The translations under genes and the position numbers were made by a program. Under the pieces are notes generated by a model. It was not told where the DNA came from, did not search any database, and saw only the letters and a list, made by a program, of their open reading frames with translations. A stretch of 59,266 bases of DNA, the filler included. It is 6 parts of 6 records of this genome, joined end to end, with 100 filler letters (N's around TTAATTAATTAA, not from the genome) between each part and the next. Parts side by side here need not be neighbours in the genome. Positions count along the whole stretch, not along the records: positions 1 to 9,615 come from SRR22947727_2055; positions 9,716 to 17,391 come from SRR22947727_2058; 4 more parts are not named here. One strand, given 5' to 3'. Below, piece after piece: positions 1 through 10,822 of the stretch. Numbering within the stretch: position 1 is the stretch's first letter; every line of letters begins with the position of its first letter.

Positions 1-523
1 TCCTCTGCTCGTACCGGTCGGCAGCCTCCCAGCCGGCCCTGTCGCGTTCCCGTGTCGCATCCATCGAGCGTTTCTCGGACCTTCTGCGCGCCTCCATTTT
101 TTCCCGCTGTGCTGCCTCCCAACGCGAACGCTCCGCAGCCTCCCGGCGGTACTGCTCGGCTGCCTCCCGTCGCTTCCGCTCTTCTTTGTCGCGCCGCGCC
201 CGCAACTCTGCCTCCTTCCTGACTCGCTCTTTCTCGCGCCGGTGCTGCTCCCGGACCGCCGCCGCCGCTCTCTCGCGCTCCTCCGCTGCCACCCGCTCCG
301 CCTCCATCTCGATGAACTTCTGTTTCGCCCTCTCGCACGAAGCCATGCTCCCAAACGCATGGCACACCTCCTTTTCGAGCCTGAAGTCCACCACGGGCTC
401 CAGCTGCAGGGTCTCCAGGGTCTCGCTCAGGAGCACCGGCGGCTCAACTACCCGGGTCATCCTCTGCTCGGCCACGATCCGGACAGTCCCCGAAAAGAGT
501 TCCGGGTACTGGAACCCGTCCAT
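1..523 (-). CDS. Eukaryotic coiled-coil (E/R/A-rich) protein, 3' end truncated by contig edge
   Basis: Open minus-strand frame from ATG 523 (MDGFQYPELFSGTVRIVAEQRM...EAERVAAEERERAAAAVREQHRREKERVRKEAELRARR...) to position 1. It is absent from the ORF track because it has no stop. Upstream exons cannot be excluded. Confidence 0.6.
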   Translation of the reverse strand, partial: MDGFQYPELFSGTVRIVAEQRMTRVVEPPVLLSETLETLQLEPVVDFRLEKEVCHAFGSMASCERAKQKFIEMEAERVAAEERERAAAAVREQHRREKERVRKEAELRARRDKEERKRREAAEQYRREAAERSRWEAAQREKMEARRRSEKRSMDATRERDRAGWEAADRYEQR

Positions 524-712
524 TTGGGCCCAACGCCCCGTCCAACACAATCCACCGCCCCCCCTCCCACCCGCGCGGGCCGTTCTTCACGCCTTCCTTC
601 GTTGAGCACTCAGTTGACAGAACCAGGTTTGGTTTCCTTCGCGATTCTTTTCGACTGCTCTCAACGACAAGTGTTCTTGTGTGTTCGTGTGTGCTCGTGT
701 GTGTTCGTGTGT

Positions 713-774
713 GCTGACTGAAGCGCCGCGTTTATAGCGACCGTCGCTGACTGAAGCGCTGCGTTTATAGCGAC
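713..774. repeat. Tandem duplication, period 33 bp (GCTGACTGAAGCGC[C/T]GCGTTTATAGCGAC x2), preceded by a GTGTTCGTGT-type low-complexity run (~670-712)
   Basis: Copies at 713-741 and 746-774 differ at one base and lie between two divergent genes. Confidence 0.85.
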
Positions 775-789
775 TTTGAGCTGAATATT

Positions 790-3774
790 ATGGGGATATT
801 CAAAAAGAGTGTGAGCACCCGCTCTGGCAGCGAACCCCCCTCTGCCGCCTCCCGCGTCGCCGGCCACCCACTGAACTCGTGCGGCGTGCGCGCCCGCCCG
901 GCCACCACCTTATCACCGACACGCATGCGACACCGCGGCCCGCGCAGAGCAAGAAGGGGGGCAAGGATGGGTCCGGGGGGTCGGACGTCGCCGAAAAGTC
1001 GGTGAGTTTTGGAGAATACCCAACCACCACCAACCCCGCCCCCCGACCGCAACAAACCCTATAGGTAGACCGTACACCTCGTCTCGTGTCGGGCGGATGA
1101 GAGGATGAGGGGGGGTATGGGCCGACACGGGAAATCCTGAGCATCCTTGGGGGTGCGGTTCATTCTGCGTGCGCAGGCAGTCAACAAGGTCATGGAAAGA
1201 CCGCTGGTTTCCATGACGAAGGGGTTGGAGGAAGCTAACGACCAGCTTCCTTCGTTGGACCAGCCCAACTTCAAAGAGGTCCCGCAGGCGGAGCGGAAGG
1301 CGCTGATGGTCACTAAGATGCGAGCATGTCAGCGCATGTTCATTTGGCAGGATGGCATCGAGTCTACAGACGATCCACAGGTGCTCTTGGCAGCCCCGAG
1401 CCCTCGCGCCCACCATCCTCTGCTTGAAGCGATGTGGCCTGGCCACCACCGTACCACAGTCTCCAAAAACCCGCACTCTCCGTTCCTCTCCATCCGCTCG
1501 AGCCCCTATTTTCCCTATTTTCCCGTCTGTTCGTGTCTCCGTGTCACTCCACTGTGCACCCGCTCTTGGAGTGGATCCTCTGCGTTCCCGGCGCTGGGTG
1601 TTGCTCAAAAAAATGTGTGCGCCCCTCTCGCGAGCCCGTGGGCACAGACGTCTGCGCATGTGCGCGCTTGTGGTGTATGGAAGCGGCTTTTCGGCACGTA
1701 TTTGCGCCGGGGACATTTTGAGGCCCGTGTGGGCAGCTTGTGCGGGGTGCATCGCTTATGTTTTCGTGGGGAGACGAGATTGAGTGGTTGGGATCTTGGT
1801 CTGCGTCGTCCGTGGCGCCCGCATCGCAAACCCTGACCGGCAACCCCACCCTCGCGCCGCACAGTGGGACCAGAAGGAAAAGAAGCGGCATCAGCTGGTA
1901 TCACTGGTAGATTTTATCAACCAAAATTCAAAGGTGCGTCCCCAGTTTGGTGGTCCCACGAGCCACAGCCGGGAGCTGTGTGCAGAGCCTCTTTTGCAGC
2001 GGTGCTGACCAGGCACGCCCTTGTCGCGCGCGATCACTACAGGGCACCTTCGACGAACAAAACATGCCCGAGGTCATCCAGTTTGTGGCCACGAATATTT
2101 TCCGACCCTTTCTCGCCAACCCCATTCCTCCCCATGTACGTCCTCCCCTTTCCTCCCGGCGCCCCTTTCGCTTTTTTTGCCCCGTATGGTGGTGTGTCTA
2201 CCGGTGACCGCTTGCCGAGCGCAAGTTCCAGCATCATGATAATAGCTGCAACGACGACGCCCTTCACCACCGCCGCCACCGCCGCTGGTATACCGCCACT
2301 GCCACGACTCAGGTCATGTACGATCCCGAGGAAGATGAGCCGATGCTGGAGCCGTGCTGGCCACACCTGCAGTTTGTGTTAGAGTTTTTTCTTCGGTTTG
2401 TAGTGAACAGCGACGTGGACCCGAAGATAGCTAAGCGGTATATCGATCAGAAGTTCATTCTCAAGCTGATAGGGCTTTTCGATTCGGAGGATGTCCGTGA
2501 GCGTGACTTCCTCAAGACTATCTTGCATCGTATTTACGGCAAGTTTATGCAACACAGGTAAGGACTGGGCCCGTTTCTGCTCGCGACCGGTCTGATGACT
2601 GTATCCATGTGTGTCTGCGTCTGCCTGTGGGTGTCTGTGGGTGTCTGTGGGTGTCTGTGAGTGTCTGTGGTTGATGGAGGGGCTGTCTTGGAGGCCGCGC
2701 CCGGGATGCGATGCCACGCAACATGGGCAATGCGGAGCGAGAAGGAGCTCTTTCGACTGTGTGCCGTTATGTTCCTCTATTATGTGTCGCGCACTCCAGC
2801 TTCTTCTGTTCAGATTTTTTCTTGCACTGGTTTCACCCACCCATTGCCCCCCCTTTACCCGAACTTGGAACAGGTCGTTCATTCGACGGGCGATCAACAA
2901 CGTTTTTTATCAGTTTGTGTTCGTAACGGAAAGGCACAATGGAGTAGCAGAGTTGTTAGAAATTCTTGGTTCCATCATCAACGGCTTTGCCCTCCCACTC
3001 AAGGAGGAGCACAAGCAGTTCTTGAGACGGGTGTTGCTTCCTCTGCACAAGGTCAAGCACGTGTCCATGTACCACAATCAGCTGTCATACTGCGTGACGC
3101 AGTTTTGTGAGAAGGACCACACACTGTGCCCGACGATTATCTTGGCCATCTTAAAGTACTGGCCGCAAACGAACTCTCCCAAGGAGGTGCTGATGTTGCA
3201 CGAGCTGGAAGAGGTGTTGGAGCTGACGCAGCAGGAGCAGCTGCTGGAGGTGGCGCCCCAACTGTTTGTGCAGCTGAACAAATGCGTTCTGTCGTCGCAC
3301 TTCCAGGTGTCCGAGCGGGTGCTATTCTACTGGAACAACGATTACATCGTGCAGTTCATCGCCGACAACCGGGCCACGGTCCTTCCCATCGTGTTCAGCT
3401 CGCTTATGAACAACACGCAGGGCCATTGGAACCCTACAGTGAAGCATCTGACAATCAACGTTGTCAAAATGTTCAACGAGATGGACCCGGACCTGTTTGA
3501 CAAGTGTGCGGAGAACTACAAGCAGCAGCAGGAGAAGATGAAGGCGGAGGAGGAGGAGAGGATGCAGATCTGGCAGTCAGCCGAGGAGGCGGCTGTGAAG
3601 GCCGATAAGGAGAACTTTAAGCCGGTACTGGTGCGAACACCGTCGGTGCTCGACGACCAAAGTACGGACCGGGAGACAGACATCAAGGAGCTCATCAAGT
3701 TGAACGCCAAGAAGAACCACCCGCTGAAAGGCGTGGTCGGCAAGTCGATGCTCAACATTGGATACAAGGGGTGA
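790..3774 (+). CDS. Protein phosphatase 2A regulatory subunit B' (B56 family), 7 exons: 790-810, 948-1001, 1177-1380, 1865-1933, 2043-2135, 2313-2557, 2874-3774
   Basis: Joined exons stay in frame across GT-AG introns and give B56 motifs: [101 protein letters not shown] at 3771 could be another donor, so the last few residues are uncertain. Confidence 0.93.
2609..2670. repeat. Intronic decamer minisatellite (GTGTCTGTGG)n, degenerate
   Basis: About 6 degenerate copies inside PP2A B56 intron 6 (2558-2873). Confidence 0.8.
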
Positions 3775-4826
3775 GTGACGAGCGGCCGGGGCGGAAGGAA
3801 AGGGGGGCGGGGTGAGGGCCGACAACAACCGGTGCGGGCGGAGGGAAGGGGGCCGTGCGGGGCTGTTGGCTGGGCGGAGGCATCATTGGCAGCCCGTTGG
3901 CTCCATCAAATGAGATGAAGAAGAATGCCTGTGCTGGCAAAATAGGGCTGTGGGCTTAAGGGGTTCGGAACGAGGCTGCTCCTCAGATGCCGTGCATCAT
4001 GACACCCAGTCTCCACACACGCGAACCCTATGGGGAATCGATGCGGAACGCACATGTTTATGGAATGAAAACAAAAACCTTATGTGAACCAGGAGTAGCC
4101 GGTACAATTTAGTTTGTCTGTTGGGTGCTACGGCCTGGACCAAAAATGCCACTGCGCTGGGGAGGGTCGCTGCGATAGTAAATGGGGGAGGTCGTGCTGT
4201 TCTGGAGTTGCCCTCGTGAGAAGCCCCCTTCGACTAGAACCCCACGTCAACAGAATCGATCGACTTGAGTTTCCGGAAAACCCTCGAGTTCCAAGGTCCG
4301 TGGTCCGAGGTCGAGGTCCCGACCTCCACAAGTATATTGATGTCCAAGGCGTTCTGTTTACAGTAATCGATCGGCGCCAGGGTGACCGCTGCGAGGGGAG
4401 TGCTGTGTGTGTGTGATGTGCAGCTTCGTTGTTGGCAGCGTATTTTGTCGGCGGCGATGGAGTTACGGCTAGTTGGGGACGTCGTTGGAGTTACAGCTAT
4501 CGGCGTTTGTCAGTGCTCTGGCGTTGCGCGGGTATGCCACATGCCATATCTGCCCTCGCACACCCCTTCGCCACCCTTGTGTCCGGCGGTGAAGGCCTTG
4601 TGTTGTATTGCTGATGAGTCATGCATTTCCAGCAATCGGAGGCGAGTCGGACAGTCACCGCGCTCACTCCCCGTGTTTTTGCCTTCCAGCAATGTATCAG
4701 CTCAGCTCACACCATGGCCCCTGCCTAGTCGCTCTTTCTCGCTGAGAACTTTTCCTCTCCAGGCTTTCTCTGGGCCCGATGCAGGCTTGTCACGATCGCA
4801 CGCACGACGGTGGGTGGCCGTTTTTT

Positions 4827-6745
4827 TTACAGTTCTCCCCGCCTACGTGCTGTCCGCCTCTCTATCTCCTGCTTGCGCGTCGAGGCCCGTGAGTCGGCCA
4901 AGTCGCCTGTCGGTTCGGAGGCGGTGTTGTCACTGTAGTAGCACCACGGCGCGTTTGGGGACATCTTCCAGCAGCAGCCTTTCTCCTTGCACAGAGACTC
5001 AGTGATGGTGGGATGCCCGCAGTCTCTGCGCTGGGGTTCGGGAACGTGATAACACTCGCAGTCTTGCACAAGGGATGAGAACATCCGACTGCGACACGAT
5101 GTTGCCCCCGAAACGATGCCTGATTGATCAGGCGGGTGTTCCCACAGAGTTTCTAAGGCCATTGGGGACTGTTGGGTTGCCGAAGCCGCATACAAAGGCG
5201 TCCCCCACAGCATCCACCGCTCGTCCCTCTCCTCCTCGGGGTACTGGGATGCCTGGTCCACCTTGTGGCTCCTTCCTTCCCCTATGTGCCGGAACACCGC
5301 GTTGCACACGGCATCAATGGTCGTGTCGGAATCGCACCTCTGCAGGATCCGTATCACGACCGAGCAGTACCGCAGCCCGACCCTCAGGGCGTAGTTTGAC
5401 TCTGTATACTGGCGGGGGAATCTCTGGGCCACCCACTTGCCAGGCTGGGTGATGTCCATGCCTTGGTGTTGCACTTCAACACCGCTGGGATCTTGTGTAA
5501 ACTCTCCGTACATGGCCCCGATTCTGCCGAGCCGGCCACGATCCATCAAGGACGCACCGTTTGTATAGCAGCCCCAGACGTGGCCGGCCTCCAGATTGAG
5601 GCAGTGGTGGCGATACTCGGTGCCGTCTGGGAGGTACAGCTTGGACGACCTTCGCATGATATCGGTGAGGATTTCCCATTTTAGCGGCCGTGTTGGTATG
5701 TGAGTGATGGAGGGGGAGGAAGGCGGGTCGGGAGGGGAGGGAGAGGGAAGGTGGGTGAGTGACGGTGGGATGTGAGTGAACGGAATATGTGAGTGATGCG
5801 GGGCATGTGGGCGGGGAAATACACGATGGCATGTGATGAGGGCAGTGAGGGTGGGAACAGGTTGTGGCGTGTGGGGACGCATTGTGGGGGGGGGCACACC
5901 TCTTTGTGGTGGAAAACCACATCTCGTGCTCCTCGCGCAGGATCACGCTGACCACCTTGGCGTCGTGTTGCAGTATCTGGAGGGCCAACCCGATCGCGCG
6001 ATGGGGCACGTCGCCGGGCTCCAGGTGGGAAGGGGTCACCCATTCCCAGTCCTCCTCCAGGGTCAGGATGTAGGGAGCGGTACAGAGGTGGAAGAACATG
6101 TGGTTTAGCGCGTGGCTGATTCCTGCCAGTGCGGGATTCACGGTCCAAGGCAGCGGATGGCGTGGGGTTGGGTCGAGTTGAGCGCAGCACACATGGCGGG
6201 TGGGGGGGCTGTCAGGGCTGACCTGAGTTGTAGCCAAGATGGTCGACGATGTGGTTGGGGTTTTTGGTGAAGTACTCCGTTCGGAGACGCTCCAGGCTCG
6301 CCCGGTCCTCGCTGCCATTATCCACCTGGGCGTGGGCATGTGTGCAGCGCGTAACGTGTACGGGATTAGCGCGAGCGGGTGCGTTGCCGGACATTCCGTT
6401 TGTGCATGTGTTTTCTGCGAAGGTGTTGCTGTTTCCGTTATCTAACGGGAGGTTTGAGGAAGGGGCAGGAGGAAAGGTGAAGAATGCACCCATACGAAGT
6501 GATACGGGATGTGAGGCTCGTCTTCGGCCATGTGATCCCGGAATGCCTGGACCGTCCTCTCCAGCAGGTCCAGCCGATTGTAGCTCAGCAGGCTGCATGC
6601 ACAAGGTGTGGGTCGGTGAGCAGTGCCTTTGTGCAGCATAGAACCGAAAAGGATGGTAGCCATCATCTCACCAGGTGCATATCAAGGAAGGTGGTTCGGA
6701 GGTCACGACCACACAAGTCAGCACGGCCAGCGACCACCAATTCAT
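4827..6745 (-). CDS. Secreted or Golgi-type GT2/GT-A-like glycosyltransferase with C-terminal trefoil (P-type) domain; exons 6745-6672, 6592-6490, 6325-6223, 6122-5900, and ~5688 (or 5650)-4827
   Basis: Hydrophobic N-terminus MNWWSLAVLTCVVV, then CLLSYNRLDLLERTV, VDNGS, ILTLEEDWEW and FRHIG (GT-A motifs). C-terminal CYHVPEPQRRDCGHPTITESLCKEKGCCWKMSPNAPWCYY has trefoil cysteine spacing. The first three introns are GT-AG and in phase; the fourth acceptor is ambiguous. Confidence 0.78.
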
Positions 6746-6853
6746 ACACAATTTCAAAACGCATTTGTAAGCGCATTCACACGAAAAAGGAAAGGCCTCC
6801 TTCGCATCCTCCCCAAGGCCTCCTTCTCTCCTCCCCTCAAGGTTCATATAACC

Positions 6854-9443
6854 ATGGACACCAGGTACGCCCCCCGGCTTTCCAGCGGCACTGTCACGCA
6901 CGCTACCGCTCACAGCACTTCCATGCCATAGTGTGATGCCCCGGCGAGAGAGGCTTTGGTGTTGGATGTGCGTGCGGCGGATTTTCCCCCCCAAGAAGGC
7001 GGGACTTTCCAAGTCATTTCTGGTTGTTATGTGACTCCGGTGGACTGGGTGGTGTGATGTGATATGAACGCAGGACTTTTGTGGCCGTCGTTGCGACCGT
7101 GTGTGCCGTGGCGGCCAGCATGAGTGTCCCCGGGACGTCGGAATGGACTGTACGAGAGTTCGCATGGTCGCAAATGAGCGCAGCTGAAGCAGGCCTGAGG
7201 CTGACTATGTTCGCCGGCGTGCATGGCTTTGCGCAGGAGGTTGCGGTCGGCGATGAGGAAATGCCCGCGAGCACTACGGTCATGATGCAGTATGCAGACA
7301 GCCGTTGCCCTGACCGTATCCACTGCGAAACCTGCGCCGAGTCAGCGCCATTGACCGCTGTCTTCATCTACAGCGGCGCGATCACTGCCGTCCTGGCGTC
7401 GGTCCTCGCGAACCACCGCTCGGTGCAAAACGGGCCGTTCGGCAGGTGCGTCTTAGTCTCGGACCTTCCGACCGCTCGCGGGATTTCGCTGACCATCAAC
7501 GGGTCGGAACTCCACAACGCCTCCCTTGACCCTCCGAAACGCCCGCGATCACTTTGTCACGCACTCTTGATTGCAGGCGGCTCGGCGCCAGCGCCAGCCT
7601 GGCCTCGTGTCTGCTACTTGCGTCCGGGGCGTACAACTTTGCGTCCAAGTGCTACGGGACTGCGCCGTCCACCATGAACGGGCACCCGGCCGCGTACGAG
7701 ATCAGGCTGGCGGCTGGCTTCCAGCTGGCGGTCCTGGCCGCACTCCTGCAGCTCGTGGCCGCCTGCCTGCATCTCAAGGAGAGCGGGGGCGCATTGGTCC
7801 CACGGACCGCCCTTGACGAGCCATTGCAGTCCATCGCGTGCCCGTATGCCACCGTGACAGCGAGGCCACTGCGAGCGCCGCAGGTCTCCACCCAGCCGTC
7901 GTCGACTGCGCCCAAGTTCATGCAGCCGATGAAGAACCTGCCCGCTGGGGTAAAGGGCTGGACGTGGGCCGACAGCTCGGCCGGCGCCTCCCAGGTCTTC
8001 AGGCCCGTTCCCCGCGCAGTGGACGCCCGGGCACAGCGGATGCCACCACCGCTCCGTGCCGACAGGGGCGACAGCACCTCCTCCAAGAACCTGCAAATGA
8101 AGCAGGTGGGTGTGGGTGTGATCGGCGCAGGACGCATCGGATTGGTGCACCTCGAGGCCCTGGCGTCGTGCCCCGGAGCCAAAGCCATCATCATATCCAA
8201 CCCGACCGTATCGAAAGCCGAGACAGCCGCTGCACAGGTGTGGTGCACACCCTTGACGCCGTCGCCGCCGCTGCCGACCCCATCCGCTGATGCCCGACGG
8301 CAACGCCGCCATTCGCATTATCACTGCCAACACTAAGCATGCCATCGCCACGTCCCACCACCAGTTCAACGTGCCAGAGTTCTCCGGCAATGATATGGAC
8401 GTTATCAACCATCCCGATGTCGAGGCAAGAACCCACCCGTGCCTCCACGTCCTACTCCACCACGCCGCCCCACCCCCACGCGTCCGTCGCCGCCACCACA
8501 GGCTGTTTGGATCTGCTCCCCATCCTCCTTCCATGCGGACCAGATTAAAGCCTGCGCAGCTGCCGGCAAGCACGTATTCTGTGAGAAGCCAATCGCGACC
8601 GGGCTGGCAGAGACCATTGAGGCCATCAATGCATGTGAGAGCGCTGGGGTCAAGCTCATGACTGCCCTGCAGGTGATGATCCCACCAGCCACACCTGACG
8701 CCACGCTCACACGGCTCCTGGGGGCAACGATGGCTGCCGATACCAAACCGACACTGCCATCATCCTATGGTGACCGATGATTGTTGTCTCCCCTGCGGCC
8801 GTGGCTACTGCAACTACCACTAACCACCAACCACCACTAGCAACAACCACAACCACAACCACGGCCACGGCCACAGCCACAACCACAACCACAACCACAG
8901 CCACAACCACAGCCACAACCACAACCACTTCACCTACCCCTCTACACCACACAGCGCCGGTTTGACCCCAACTTTTCGCGCGTTCGTTCTTCTCTGGAGA
9001 AGGGCGACCTCGGTACCCCTATCCAGCTCAAGCTTTGCTCCCGTGACCCGGCGCCTCCGCCGGCCGAGTACGTCAAGGGCGGCGGGGGCATCTTTGCTGA
9101 CATGGCTGTGCACGACCTGGACATGGCCCGCTTCCTGATGGGAGAGGTGACCAAACCGCATCACCAGCCTGCCACCTATCCCTCTGTCACGCGTCCCAGA
9201 ACACGCCTTGGGCTAGCTTTCTGGCGTGAGCATCTCCACTAACGTCGGCCATTGCTGCGTGTGCCCCTCTATCCACGCACCTGCACAGGAGCCGGAGGAA
9301 ATACTGGCTTACGGGACGTGCAACATCGATCCGGCCATAAAAGACCTGCCCGGCGCGGAAGCGTACGATACCGCCTCCATCATGATCAAGTTCCCTGGCG
9401 GCAAGCACGCGTTCATCGATGTCTGTCGCCAGGCCCCGTACGG
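6854..9443 (+). CDS. Myo-inositol 2-dehydrogenase-like (Gfo/Idh/MocA) protein with apparent N-terminal multi-TM domain; exons 6854-6864, 7074-7445, 7577-8237, 8365-8424, 8502-8672, 8955-9146, 9289-9443, 3' truncated
   Basis: VGVIGAGRIGLVH, HPDVEAVWICSPSSFH, GKHVFCEKP, QRRFDPNF, SRDPAPP, GGIFADMAVHDLDMARFL and RQAPYG are IolG-family motifs. All junctions keep frame. The dehydrogenase part is secure; the fusion to the upstream TM exons is inferred. Confidence 0.85.
8805..8930. repeat. Intronic hexamer microsatellite (ACAACC/ACAGCC/ACGGCC)n
   Basis: Visible tandem run inside intron 8673-8954. Confidence 0.85.
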
Positions 9444-9615
9444 GTCTGTGTCATCCACATCTCCACCGCCCGCCATCAAACCTGGCCGCCCGTGGCTGAA
9501 GTTGCCCGCTCAGCCACTCTAGTTCCTTCGGAGGACTCGCGGGGGCAGGTCTTTCTCTGAGTGGCCTAGCCGATCGTGCTGCGCATCTATTAGTGATGTC
9601 TCCAGCTGCGTGCCC

Positions 9616-9715
9616 NNNNNNNNNNNNNNNNNNNNNNNNNNNNNNNNNNNNNNNNNNNNTTAATTAATTAANNNNNNNNNNNNNNNNNNNNNNNNNNNNN
9701 NNNNNNNNNNNNNNN
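9616..9715. other. Artificial contig spacer (N44-TTAATTAATTAA-N44); identical spacers at 17392-17491, 26078-26177, 37767-37866 and 48302-48401
   Basis: Six-frame stop linker between N runs. Composition and taxonomy change across every spacer. Confidence 0.98.
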
Positions 9716-10822
9716 CATTCTGGTCAAATTCGTAAAGCTGCCCGGATGCTCTTAAGCGCAAAGCGGCCCGTTATTTATGCGGGGGGTGGCGTCATACAAG
9801 GCGAGGGAACCACTCAATTAATTGCCTTAGCACAGCGACTCAATCATCCCGTGACCAATACCTTGATGGGCCTAGGGGCCTATCCTGGCAGCGATCGCCA
9901 ATTTCTAGGGATGTTGGGCATGCATGGTTTCTATGAGGCCAATATGGCAATGCACCATGCCGATGTGATCCTGGCTGTGGGCGCTCGTTTCGATGATCGT
10001 GTTACCAACACCGTCTCCAAGTTCTGTCCCGGCGCGAAGATCATTCATATCGATATTGACCCCGCGTCAATTGCCAAAATCGTGCCTGTCGACGTCCCCA
10101 TCGTCGGTCCGGTCGATACGATTCTGGCCGAGCTCGATAAACAAGTCGCCTTGCAGAGCGAGAGCGCCGATCGGCCCTTGCCTGACCCCGATTCGCTGAA
10201 TGAGTGGTGGACCCAGATTAATAGTTGGCGTGAGGCGCATGGCCTGTGGCACGGACGTCGTTACGCGGAATCTGAACTCATCATGCCTCAGGATGCGATC
10301 AAGGCGCTCTATGCGGCGACTCATGGTGAAGCGTACGTTACGTCAGACGTTGGTCAGCATCAAATGTTTGCTGCCCAGTACTATAAGTTTGATTATCCTC
10401 GACGTTGGATCAATTCTGGCGGTCTTGGCACCATGGGCTTTGGCTTGCCTGCTGCGATGGGGATAAAAATTGCCTTACCCGATGCTGACGTTGCGTGCGT
10501 GACGGGGGAGGGCAGTATCCAGATGAATATTCAGGAGTTGTCCACCTGCAGCCAATACGCCTGTCCAGTCAAAATCATCAACTTGCGTAATAACTATCTT
10601 GGCATGGTGAAGCAGTGGCAGGATATGCAGTACGACGGTCGCTATTCTGAGAGCCATTACGCGGCCTCACTACCTGATTTTGTCAAGCTCGCCGAGGCCT
10701 ATGGACATGTGGGTATGGAGGTCAAATCGCAGGCGGATTTGGAGCCGGCGATGAAAGAAGCGTTTGCTTTGAAAGATAAGCTGGTGTTCATGGACATCCA
10801 CATTGATCCTGATGAGCACGTG
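9716..10822 (+). CDS. ilvI: Acetolactate synthase large subunit, 5' truncated by contig edge and 3' end replaced at the junction with pilY1
   Basis: AKRPVIYAGGG, GMLGMHG, GARFDDRVT, SDVGQHQMFAAQ, SGGLGTMGFGLPAAMG, TGEGSIQMNIQEL. Homology stops after DIHIDPDEHV; the rest of the ORF (to 10885) is pilY1 sequence read out of frame. Confidence 0.9.

Noticed and set aside
713-774. Direct repeat as a mini-CRISPR
   Set aside because: Only two copies with a 4-nt gap, in eukaryotic context, with no cas genes.
3775-4826. ORFs 4114-4416 and 4382-5005
   Set aside because: No recognisable motifs; the region lies between convergent 3' ends and is probably UTR or intergenic.
8707-8965. Poly-Thr / poly-Val ORFs
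   Set aside because: Translations of an intronic hexamer microsatellite.
790-9443. Diplonemid/euglenid-style non-canonical introns
   Set aside because: Nearly all introns resolve as GT-AG; there is one GC-AG and one ambiguous acceptor.
186-9560. Many overlapping ORF-track entries in the eukaryotic contig
   Set aside because: Explained by high GC, antisense shadows and intron read-through. Spliced models account for the real coding signal.
9616-9715. TTAATTAATTAA palindrome recurring five times
   Set aside because: It is an artificial linker inside N padding, so no cross-spacer linkage (eukaryote-bacterium transfer, prophage in Synechococcus, phage integration at tRNA-Ile) can be inferred.
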